This document shows positions 52,801 to 63,026 of a stretch of DNA of 64,000 nucleotides, piece after piece. The notes beneath the pieces were generated by a model. The model saw only the letters and a program-made list of their open reading frames with translations, ran no database searches and had not been told where the DNA came from. Source of the DNA: Naegleria gruberi (Eukaryota); assembly GCA_000004985.1 (NCBI GenBank), contig GG738883.1; one strand, given 5' to 3'. Within the stretch, counting starts at the first letter, position 1. Every line of letters starts with the position of its first letter. The translations under genes and the position numbers were made by a program.

Positions 52801-55479
52801 CGAGTCACACTCTTTGAATTTGGAAAGGAATTTCTCTCTCGAATATCTTACCATTCCTCTCAAAATTTCAATACCATAAGTCCATGGTTGGATGTGAACA
52901 AAATGATTTGGTGAATTTTTTTCCATCTTTTTCACAAAGAACATGTGGAGAATGTGAGGAAGAACTAAATCGAGAGCATCAGGTGGAAGAGCCATAATAC
53001 TCTCTTGGAATTCTTGTGAATTATTTGGTGGTTTGATTTGTCTCAATACAAAATTATATCTTTCCAAATGACTCTGAAAGAGGTATAAATTTGAGAGAAC
53101 CCAATGACAATACTTGAAATATTCTGGAAAATATTTTTTGGATTGGTTAATAAAGAGTGCCTTCTTTCCTTTTGAAAGATTGATATCAATTAACTTTTCA
53201 ACAATGGAACGAGCAGGTTGACTGATCTTTTTCAATGCAGGTACTTCTGGTTGATGGTTCAACATTCCAGTCTCCCTAATATACTTTTCAAGAGACCTCG
53301 TATTAAATAATGGCTCAAAAGTATAGAGAGAGGCTAGCAAACATCCAACAGCAAACATGTCATCATTATAAAGCTCGCCTTTGGATTGAACTCGAGAACG
53401 ATTAATCTTTTCAATGAATGGTACAACATGATAGGCAGAGCTGGTAAAGTACTTGCTACTGAATTTGACAGAATTTTCATACAAGTGCATTCTCTCCATA
53501 ATAGAATTTGATGTGGAATATCTAGGGGGGTGTGGTTCGAAGAATAATTGAACAAATCCAAAACGTGAAGGATACAAGTCGTTATTTTCCTTTCTCAACA
53601 TGACATTTTTAGCTTCAATGGCATGGTGTCCACTAAGCTTGTATCCAAAAATCAAATCAATCCAATGATGAATATTCTGACTCACATAGTCACTCTCCAG
53701 GGCAGCTTTATGCTTTTGAATAAATTCTTCAGGTGTAGAAGCCCACGGCGGCAATACTAAATCAGTCATGTCTGTATGAATGGAAGTGAACATGTTCGGA
53801 TCAGTGAAAAATTCTGGAATGCATTCATCTGGAGTCCACTGATAGAGACGAACAATGGAATTTGGATATTCTTTTGGTTCATAGTTTTGTCTGACAAATT
53901 TCCTCAATGCACTAATAGAAACTCTTCTTGCCTTGTAGATAAAGTAGGTAATTTCAGAAAGTGGCTCTGTAACGTGATGAGGATTATCTGGTGATTGATA
54001 GGTAAAATCCAACATTTCATCTCCCTTATTGAGTCTGAATTTAGTTTTGGTTAAATCTCTCCATTCAACACGTGAGTTTGGATCGGTTGGGTCACTCTCA
54101 AAATCAATAATCCATGGCAATACAGGATGATACTGTTGATCACCAAGTCTCCTCCCAGCAAGAGCATTAAGTTTCATCAAGTAGTCAAAATTTGAAATTT
54201 TACCCTCCTGCCATAAGAGAACTAGATCTTTGGTTCTATTCTCGGAAATGTTCTGTGGTGACAATAGGGTACTATTATTTCCAGCTGTACCAGTATTGGA
54301 TGTTTTTGAGGGTGATTTAAATTCTGCCATTGGTGTTTGTAAAACGTGATGATGATGATCAGAGATGTGTTCTGGAGTATAGAGTATATCCTGTCCAATA
54401 ATTGAAATCCACAACATTTCATTGATTAGAATATTATTGGGTATTAATTTTCCATGAGCAATATTATTCTTGTGACAATGTGAAACTGCCTGTAATAATT
54501 GATAGAATAAAAATCTTCTACGAATGTCATCTAAATTAATTGAATAAAAAGTTAATGAAATAATGAAACAATTATTAAAAAAAAACAATATAAAAACAAA
54601 CCTGTTTCAAGAAGAACCTTATTGAATTGAATCAATTCTTCCCAAGTATAATTGTACATTTCCAAAACAATAAACCAAGCATTTTTACTTTCATAAACAT
54701 CGTATAATAATGGTATATTAGCGTGCTATAAATAATAGTATTTCAATAATTATCATTTCCAAATGAATAAATAATTGATAATAAACAAATTTTAATAATG
54801 TTGATAAGTTAAATATTTAAAAATAATTATAACATACCTTTGGAATAAAAGGACCGTCAAATAATATAAAAGTTTCATCCAAATCCCCATGTGAAGGATT
54901 ATAAAAAGTATAATCATCCAAAATTAATTGATTTAAATGATAAATTTGTGATAATGAATGATGTATGGCCTTTCTAATTGAATGATTAGATTTTCCATCT
55001 CCCATTTCAAATTGTTTCGGAATGACTCGTACCACTACATTTACTTCATCGGGTAATAATGAAAGTGGAATACTATTATTTGAAATGATATTATGATGAT
55101 TAGAATTGTTATTATTGTTACTATTATTAACATTGTTATTATCCAAATTATTATTATTCAAATTATTCACATTATTTTCTTCATGTAATTGATCCTGTTG
55201 ATCTTGTTGATTCATTGTTGGAGATATTGATGATGAAATTGATGGTGATGAATTTAATTCATCTTGTTGTGATAAATTTTCATCATCTGTTAACACATGA
55301 TTATCAAAAGTAGGCCTCTTTTTATAAATCTTGGATCGTTTACTATTATACATTTTGCAACAAGCATAGGAACATTTTCTCGTATATTCGGGACTCAACA
55401 TGTACTGATACTCGATGAGAGTCGGCGAGAGATCCTGTTCAATATATTCTCTCACTTGACTCGCATTTAAATTTCCCAT
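49900..55479 (-). CDS. WDR81: WDR81 ortholog (N-terminal pseudokinase-like region, BEACH domain, C-terminal WD40 repeats), about 1798 aa; 3 exons (55479..54838, 54725..54602, 54530..49900)
   Basis: The BEACH domain WQEGKISNFDYLMKLNALAGRRLGDQQYHPVLPWIIDF...FRLNKGDEMLDFTY...ITYFIYKARR...YQWTPDECIPEFFTDPNMFTSIH...HHWIDLIFGYKL aligns closely with human WDR81 ([38 protein letters not shown]...). C-terminal WD40 repeats are present (IRVWDTRNS...). Exon 1 (track ORF 54817..55479) joins through GTATGT and GTTTGT introns of 112 and 71 nt. Confidence 0.8.
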
Positions 55480-56224
55480 TTTTTAATAATATTTATTTTA
55501 ATATTAAGATATTGTTATTATTATTAATATGTTAATCTGTTAGGAAATGCATTCTTTCAATATGAATTAATTGAAGTGTTTACAATTAAACAATTGGTCA
55601 TGACTCTTTACAATTTACAGTTTTTACATTTGTCAATAGTCCCCACCTTCATCTTGCCATTCACCCTCTAAAAATTTAGTTCTAAATTATTCATGTTGTT
55701 ATTCTTATTATTCCTATTAGACCTTCGGTTGTATAAAAACTGTAGTTGGTCAATTAATCGCTTCTCATTCAAATTGAACAATAAAATAAAGGTTCATTTT
55801 CAAAATTGCCTTCAAGTTGGAGGTTCAAATTCAACCGTGACCGCGGTTCGTTTTTGATTTTGAAGTGAATATTTTCAAAAAGCTCTTTTTTGGTACCACC
55901 CAGTATTAGACACTTTTTATCTAGTAAGCCATTCTTGTTCTTTCTAACATTCATCACCTTCTTAACTCCCTTTAATCTATTCAATCACAACAAAGTACAA
56001 GTATGTTCTTTCCACTGATGATTTCCATCAATCACAGTTAAGCCAAGTACAATTCGAAAAAGCTCTTTTTGTGAAGTGTTCAACTTGTTGTTGAGGTTTC
56101 TTCTTCACCGCATCATCGCATATTCTCTTGCTCACCATCAACAAGTGTTGTGAATCTTTCCAGAGAGGGAGAATCGAAAAAACAACGCATTGTAATAATT
56201 TTACACCGTTACAAGCCACTTCGA

Positions 56225-56232
56225 CCAATCAG
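56225..56232 (+). promoter_or_regulatory. CCAAT box (NF-Y-type, gaCCAATCAGcg) about 115 bp upstream of the EF-2 start codon
   Basis: Exact match to the extended NF-Y consensus RRCCAATCAG in the EF-2 / WDR81 divergent promoter. Confidence 0.3.
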
Positions 56233-56344
56233 CGCGGTGCACCTCTTTCATGATTTTTATTGAGCACGAGTAGCATAAATTATTCTCTGCTGTTGAAAAA
56301 AAAAACACCAAACTACCAAACTTCACAATTTTGATAACACGAAA

Positions 56345-58858
56345 ATGGTCAAATTCAGTATTGATGAAATCCGTAATATTATGGACAAGCAACCACAAAT
56401 CCGTAATATGTCTGTCATTGCTCACGTCGATCACGGTAAATCCACCTTGACTGACTCCTTGGTTGCTGCTGCCGGTATTATTGCTCAAGCTAATGCTGGT
56501 CAACAACGTTTCATGGATACCAGAGATGACGAACAAGATAGATGTATCACCATTAAGTCTACTTCTATCTCCCTCTACTATAAGAAGCCAGCTGAAGATG
56601 GTACTGAAACTGAATATTTGATTAACTTGATCGATTGTCCAGGTCACGTTGACTTTTCATCTGAAGTTACTGCTGCTTTGAGAGTTACTGACGGTGCTTT
56701 GGTCGTCGTTGATGCCGTTTCTGGTGTCTGTGTCCAAACTGAAACTGTCTTGAGACAAGCTTTGCAAGAAAGAATTAGACCTGTCCTCATGATGAACAAG
56801 TTGGACAGAGCTTTCCTCGAACTCCAATTGCAACCTGAAGATGCTTATACCAACTTTAACAAGGCTATTGAATCTGTTAACGTTGTCATTTCCACTTATG
56901 ATGATGGTGGTTTCGGTGATCCACAAGTTTACCCAGAAAAGGGTACCGTTGCTTTCGGTTCTGGTCTCCATTGTTGGGGTTTCACTTTGAAGAGATTCGC
57001 CAAGATGTACGCCAAGAAATTCGGTGTTGCTGAAGAAAAGTTGATGAAGAAATTCTGGGGTGATAACTTCTTTGATGCTGCTAACAAGAAATGGGTTAAG
57101 GACTCTCAAGGTGGTAAATTGGTCAGAGGTTTCTGTCAATTCGTCTTGGATCCTATTTACAAGGTTTTCCACTCTTGTATCAATGATGATAAGCCTCTCC
57201 TCGAAAAGGTCTTGCCAGTTTTGGGTATTACATTGTCTGCTGATGAAAAACAACAAAAGGATAAGAAGTTGATGAAGTGTGTTATGGCTAAATGGTTGCC
57301 AGCTGCTGAAGCTCTCTTGGAAATGATTGTCACTCACTTGCCTTCACCAAAGGTTGCTCAAGGTTACAGATATGAACATTTGTACAACGGTCCACTCGAT
57401 GATAAGTATTGTCAAGCTGTTAAGAATTGTGATCCTAATGGTCCATTGATGATGTACGTCTCTAAGATGGTTCCTACTAACGATAAGGGTAGATTCTATG
57501 CTTTCGGTAGAGTTTTCGCTGGTAAGGTTAGAACTGGTCAAAAGGCTAGACTTATGGGTCCTAACTTTGAACATGGTAAGAATACTGACTTGTTCGATGA
57601 TAAGACTATCCAAAGAACTGTCGTTATGATGGGTCGTTATACTGAATCTGTTGATGATATTCCTTGTGGTAACGTTGCTGGTTTGGTCGGTGTTGATCAA
57701 TTCTTGATCAAGACTGGTACTATCACTGATTCTGATTGTAAGGATGCTTGTCCATTCAGAGATATGAAGTACTCTGTTTCCCCTGTCGTCAGAGTTGCCG
57801 TCGAACCAAAGAATCAAGCTGATTTGCCAAAGGTTATTGAAGGTATGAAGAGATTGGCTAAGTCTGATCCTTTGGTCGTCTGTACTATCAATGAAGAATC
57901 TGGTGAAAAGATTATTGCTGGTGCCGGTGAATTGCACTTGGAAATTTGTTTGAAGGATTTGAGAGACGATTTCTGTGGTGGTATTGAATTGAAGATTTCC
58001 GACCCAGTCGTTGCTTTCAGAGAAACTGTTTCTGAAGCTTCCCCATGTGATACTTTGACTAAGTCTCCAAACAAGCACAACAGATTGTACATGAATGCTG
58101 AACCACTCCCAGAAGAAATGCAAGATGATATTGAACAAGGTAAAATTACTGCTAACGATGAAGCCAAGAAGAGAGCTAAGTACTTGCAAGACCAATACGG
58201 TTGGGATCAAGACCAAGCCAGAAAGATTTGGTCATTCGGTCCAGACCAAACTGGTCCAAACTTGATGGTTGACGTTACCAAGGCTGTCCAATATTTGAAC
58301 GAAATTAAGGACTCTGTCAACTCTGGTTTCCAAATTGCTGCTAAGGAAGGTCCACTCTGTAATGAAACATGTCGTGGTGTTAGATACAACTTGACTGATG
58401 TTACTTTGCACACTGATGCTATCCACAGAGGTGCTGGTCAAATCTTGCACACTGCCAGAAGAGGTTGTCAAGCTGCTCACTGTAACTCTGCTCCAAGAAT
58501 TTTGGAACCAATCTTTTTGGTTGAAATCCAATGTCCTGACTCTGTTTTGGGTTCAGTCTACTCTGTCATGAACAGAAGAAGAGGTACAATTGATCAAGCT
58601 ATCCAAAGACCAGGTACTCCAATGTTCAACGTTAAGGCTTACCTCCCTGTCTTGGAATCATTCAACTTCTCCACCTTCTTGAGATCTGAAACTGGTGGTG
58701 AAGCTTTCCCACAATGCGTTTTCCACCATTGGCAAATTGTTGGTGGTGATCCTTGGGATAAGACTTCAAAGATCAGAGAATTGGTTGTTGATACTCGTAA
58801 GCGTAAGGGTTTGAAGGAAGAAATTCCAACCGTCGAAGAACTCTCCGACAAGTTGTAA
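56345..58858 (+). CDS. EFT2: Translation elongation factor 2 (eEF2), single exon, 837 aa
   Basis: G-domain motifs [17 protein letters not shown] and NKLD. The diphthamide-region is [18 protein letters not shown]. Codon usage is highly biased (GGT, GCT, AAG, TTC, TTG). Confidence 0.95.
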   Translation: MVKFSIDEIRNIMDKQPQIRNMSVIAHVDHGKSTLTDSLVAAAGIIAQANAGQQRFMDTRDDEQDRCITIKSTSISLYYKKPAEDGTETEYLINLIDCPGHVDFSSEVTAALRVTDGALVVVDAVSGVCVQTETVLRQALQERIRPVLMMNKLDRAFLELQLQPEDAYTNFNKAIESVNVVISTYDDGGFGDPQVYPEKGTVAFGSGLHCWGFTLKRFAKMYAKKFGVAEEKLMKKFWGDNFFDAANKKWVKDSQGGKLVRGFCQFVLDPIYKVFHSCINDDKPLLEKVLPVLGITLSADEKQQKDKKLMKCVMAKWLPAAEALLEMIVTHLPSPKVAQGYRYEHLYNGPLDDKYCQAVKNCDPNGPLMMYVSKMVPTNDKGRFYAFGRVFAGKVRTGQKARLMGPNFEHGKNTDLFDDKTIQRTVVMMGRYTESVDDIPCGNVAGLVGVDQFLIKTGTITDSDCKDACPFRDMKYSVSPVVRVAVEPKNQADLPKVIEGMKRLAKSDPLVVCTINEESGEKIIAGAGELHLEICLKDLRDDFCGGIELKISDPVVAFRETVSEASPCDTLTKSPNKHNRLYMNAEPLPEEMQDDIEQGKITANDEAKKRAKYLQDQYGWDQDQARKIWSFGPDQTGPNLMVDVTKAVQYLNEIKDSVNSGFQIAAKEGPLCNETCRGVRYNLTDVTLHTDAIHRGAGQILHTARRGCQAAHCNSAPRILEPIFLVEIQCPDSVLGSVYSVMNRRRGTIDQAIQRPGTPMFNVKAYLPVLESFNFSTFLRSETGGEAFPQCVFHHWQIVGGDPWDKTSKIRELVVDTRKRKGLKEEIPTVEELSDKL

Positions 58859-59498
58859 ATCAACTACTCTTAATAAATAATAATTTCTTAAAATCAATGA
58901 CAAACATTTAACGATTGAAAAGTTTAAAACGCACTCATCATGTCAACTTGTTAGCGTTATCTTTACGCAGAGCATTACACTTTTTTACCAAAGACATTTT
59001 ATTGCACTCCTCAATTAATGGTATTTGTATCTTGCAATTGGTTTATTTATTTATTACAAACTAACAGATTATTCCTAATTGAATTAAGCTTTCGAATTGT
59101 TAATAAGTTAAATTTTCCTTCTCCATTGAATTATCGCCAATCTTGAAAATGTTCTGTAATATTAACTACATTTCTCGTGGTAATTCAGGGAACATGTTTT
59201 AATTCTTTCGTCATCTACCAACGATAAGCAGTCTCGAACATCAATTTTTTTACCCAATTGATTTGCCTCACTAAGAATGGACCGATACAGTAAAATGCTC
59301 AGCTAATTCAAGAGTATACTTGGAGTTGTTGAGTATGTGGATAATAAATCCAACTCTTCTTATAATCTTTGTTCGAAAGATTGAAATCTTGAAATAAGAA
59401 ATCAGTCAAGCTATGATAGACTTGAGAAATCAAAATAATTAATTACCACTTAGATTGATAATAAAACTGCACAAAAAAACTGTTAAAATCAAAATGGT

Positions 59499-59572
59499 TA
59501 CAGCGAGCGGGGCTTGAACCCGCGACCTTAAGCGTGTTAGGCTTACGATCTAACCAACTGATCTATCGCTGC
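59499..59572 (-). tRNA. tRNA-Val (anticodon AAC)
   Basis: Minus-strand GCAGCGATAGATCAGTTGGTTAGATCGTAAGCCTAACACGCTTAAGGTCGCGGGTTCAAGCCCCGCTCGCTGTA. Anticodon stem TAAGC/GCTTA with loop CTAACAC. T-arm GCGGG-TTCAAGC-CCCGC. There is a G1-U72 wobble in the acceptor stem and a 3' T-run. Confidence 0.75.
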
Positions 59573-59763
59573 TTATTTATTAAAAATAACTTCACCTTAA
59601 TCGAGCTAGTATTTGTGAGGTTTCCGTTTTATTTTATTCTATTAAATCCTAACTGAAAGAATACTTTGCGATTTATTAAGAATCAATCTGTAAAAGTAAC
59701 TCCATTTCAACACAAACATATTTCCAGAAAGAATTCTTTATCTCTTTCTCTTATTAAAAAAAA

Positions 59764-62480
59764 ATGTCGACAACAAGTCACTTCAGTGATGAAAGTCTGC
59801 ATGATGATAATTTATTTGCAGAACATCCGATGGGAATTTATGATCAAGAAGAAAATCTTTACAAACACCAGCAACAAATCTATCGACCACTGAAGAAACT
59901 TTCCTCCACACAATTATCCACAGTTTACCTTTGTGAGAATTCTAATGGAAAACTTGTTGTATTAAAAGTTGCATCCTATGAAAATGAACAAGATACCATC
60001 GAGTGGAATCCGAAATTAGTTGAAGAATCGAATAGACTACATACACAATATCTACTTTATATTCTGGATGTTTTTACAGTGGAAAAAACCAATGGGAAAT
60101 ATTTGTGTGTAGTTTCCGAATATTGTGAGAATGGGAGTTTAGCAACAAGTATTGATGCTTTGCGTAAATCAATGAATGTTTCGTTATTCCTTCAGATATT
60201 ATTTCAAATGTTGCGTGCTTTGGATGCTCTTCATTTTGGTCTGTTTGTTCATGCTGATGTGAAGTTGGATAATATATTTGTGAGGAAATTTGATAGAAAT
60301 AGAGTATTTGTGGTATTGGGAGATTTGGGTTTAAGTTCCAAGATGGATTTTACTGAGGAGGAATTGTCTCAAAATTGTATTGATGTAGATAATGAACTGA
60401 CAACAGTCACTACAGGAGAAATTGGAACCTTTTCGTATAGAGATCCAATAATAATGAAACGAAGAAAAGTGTATTTCAAAAGTGATATTTGGAGTTTAGG
60501 TATGTTTCTCTTTTTTCTATTTGAGAATTGAACCTAATTTCTAAAGGAATAACTTTATTGAAATTGATATCAAGAGACGAAATGCCCAATTTTGAATCGA
60601 CAACAACAGAAGAAAGACTCAACACCATTCGACAAATATTTTCCCATTTTGAGACTGAAAAAAAAGAATGGGAAGTTTGTCAGAATATTATTGAACGAAT
60701 GTTAGTGGAAGATGTTACAGAGAGAGCAACTATTTCAGAAATTCGTTTAATGATTTATTCTACAACTATTGATGACTCATCATTTGAAAACAATTACCAA
60801 CATTTAAGGGAGGAATTCAAATACAACAGATCTGTAATTATTAGCTGTCTAAATGCAAAGGGAAGCATTTTACAACATGTACCTGATGCATTTCATTTCA
60901 ACAGAAAAATTGTAATGGAAGCAATTCACAATAATCCAAGCGCTTACCAATACATCAAAGGATACTTGAAATACCAACCATATATTGTAAACGCAGTTAT
61001 AGAAAGAGATCCATCTGTTCAAGTACCAGTTCATTTGGTAAAAGCTCCTTCACATTACGTTGCTAATAGCATTATCATTGAGCTTTCGGAACAAGAGAAG
61101 AATGACAAAGGGTTATTTATGGAAATTCTTGAAAGAGATGGTACGAGTTTAAAAGATGCCTCTTGGGAATTGAAAAATGATAGAGATTGTGTTATAAAAA
61201 GCGTAACACAGAGAGGAATTTCATTACAGTTTGCCTCAACTGATTTACGAAATGATGGAGAAATTGTGAGAATAGCTATTTCACAAAATGGAATGGCCTT
61301 AGAGTACGCTCATCCATTATTAAGACAAAGAGAAGATATTGTGATGAAAGCTGTTTCACAAAATGGATTGGCACTTCAATTTGCTTCAATAGAAATGAGA
61401 AATAATCAAAGAGTTGTGGAAAGGGCTGTATTGTCTGAATATACAGGCCAATTATTGTTTCTGATTGGTGAGGAATTGAGAAGTGACGTATCGTTCATGG
61501 TAAGATTGCTTAGTCTTAATCAGTTATTGTTTTTTCAATATTTGTTTTCTTTTGGAGAAGAATCTTTCAGAAATCTATGTGATGAGTATCAACATGAGGA
61601 TCAGTTTATTTGGTGTCTCAATGGATTGTTCGGCATTTTCGAAGATAACATTAATGGAGCACTGAAATATTTTCAACTTGCTGCAGAAAAAGACAATGCG
61701 TCTGCTGAACACTTCCTCGGTATAATGTACCATAAAGGACAAGTTGTGGAACAGGATTTTTGTAAGGCTTTTGAATGGTTTGGTAAATCAGCTGAAAAAG
61801 GATATCCAGAAGCTCAATTCTCGATTGGGTTAATGTATTATCACGGAGAATATGTTTCAAAAAATAAGGAAAGAGAATTTTATTGGATTTATAGAGCTGC
61901 TGAGCAAGGACATGTTAAGGCTGAAAGTTCTATTGCTTGTCTTTATTATGCTCAGGAAGAATATTCCAAATCATTTGAGTGGTATTTGAAAGCAGCTGAA
62001 AAAGGAGATTCAGATTCTCAATTTGAAATAGGTTCACTGTATCACAAAGGATTGGGAATACCAAAAGATTTTACAAATGCCTTTAGTTGGTATTCGAAAG
62101 CTGCAGAACATGGTCATTCGAAAGCTCAAAATAATATTGGAGTATTGTATCAAACAGGACAAGGTATTCCACAAAATTATTCCAAAGCACTTGAATGGTT
62201 CATGAAATCAGCTGAGAATAATGATACAGATGCCATGAATTTTATTGGACTGATATATCAAGAAGGCCAAGGAGTTCCACAAGACAACATCACAGCATTC
62301 GAATGGTTTCTAAAAGCAGCCGAATGTGGCAATGTACAATCTCAAATACTTGTCGCTACCATGTATCATCATGGTATTGGAGTGGAGCAAAACTTGTATG
62401 ATGCACTGAAATGGTATGAAAAAGCTGCAGGAGGAACTCAGAATAATTCAAAAGCTGATTCCAAAGAAATTGAGAATTGA
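59764..62480 (+). CDS. Degenerate protein-kinase (likely pseudokinase) domain fused to DUF4116 repeats and C-terminal Sel1 (TPR-like) repeats, about 890 aa; 2 exons (59764..60499, 60547..62480)
   Basis: The kinase-like region has a degenerate Gly loop, VLKVA in place of the VAIK lysine motif, HAD in place of HRD (LFVHADVKLDNIFV), and DLG in place of DFG. A GTATGT..AG 47-nt intron (phase 1) joins to DUF4116 repeats (DREIVLKAV/QNGxALQFAS pattern). About 8 Sel1 repeats follow (AQxxLGxxYxxGxGVxQDxxxAxxWxxKAAExG). Confidence 0.7.
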
Positions 62481-62929
62481 GAATTGATTACAACAAATAC
62501 TTCATTCAGAATAATTATATTTTAATTGTTCAAAGATTTATTGAATATAATTATCACAGTAGTTGGTTTTTACTCTTGTAGTATGGCGTGTAATTATCAA
62601 TCAGAATTATTTCCTCAATTACATTGTTGCAACTCCACCACACCCAATGCTCTTCCTCCAATGTTGTTGATCCATTTGTCAATTACAGAACATGCACCCT
62701 TATTTTCTCGAGAAAACTTCAATAATTTAAGGATTCTTTGCCAATGTTGTGTTAGAAGTACCACCTGCTGGAGCACATGATAACTGAAATTAAGTAATGG
62801 ATCATGTTAAGAGAAATTATTGATTATCAAACATAAACTTGAAATATTCAAATTCCAATAACAGTTTATTAAAAATCTTGCAATTAAATATCTGTGAAAT
62901 AAATATTGCTGACAGGACCTAATATTGGC

Positions 62930-62937
62930 TGACGTCA
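62930..62937 (+). promoter_or_regulatory. Perfect CRE/ATF palindrome TGACGTCA about 90 bp upstream of the GT13 gene start
   Basis: ggcTGACGTCAaaagtcacc. Only one occurrence was noticed in the window. Confidence 0.2.
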
Positions 62938-63026
62938 AAAGTCACCACACAAAATTCGCTTCAAAAAAAATTAACCATCAACTCAACGACGATATCATCT
63001 CTGGCTACTAGTAGTAATATAATTAA

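Noticed and set aside
55800-55860. tRNA-like T-arm sequence (aggttcaaattcaacc ... gaccgcggttcg) in the EF-2 upstream region
   Set aside because: No acceptor, D or anticodon stems can be built around it. The GGTTC-loop-stem pairing is not complementary.
59764-62480. Glomeromycotina (Rhizophagus-like) origin, suggested by the Sel1-repeat kinase fusion typical of that lineage
   Set aside because: The window contains clear flagellar genes (CFAP70, NEK, ARM-repeat and ASH proteins). Glomeromycotina lack flagella. The kinase domain is also degenerate and carries DUF4116 repeats not characteristic of those fungi.
62526-62780. 84-aa plus-strand ORF and Cys-rich minus-strand fragments downstream of the Sel1 gene
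   Set aside because: No start context, no recognisable domain, and AT-rich 3'-UTR-like sequence. Probably non-coding.
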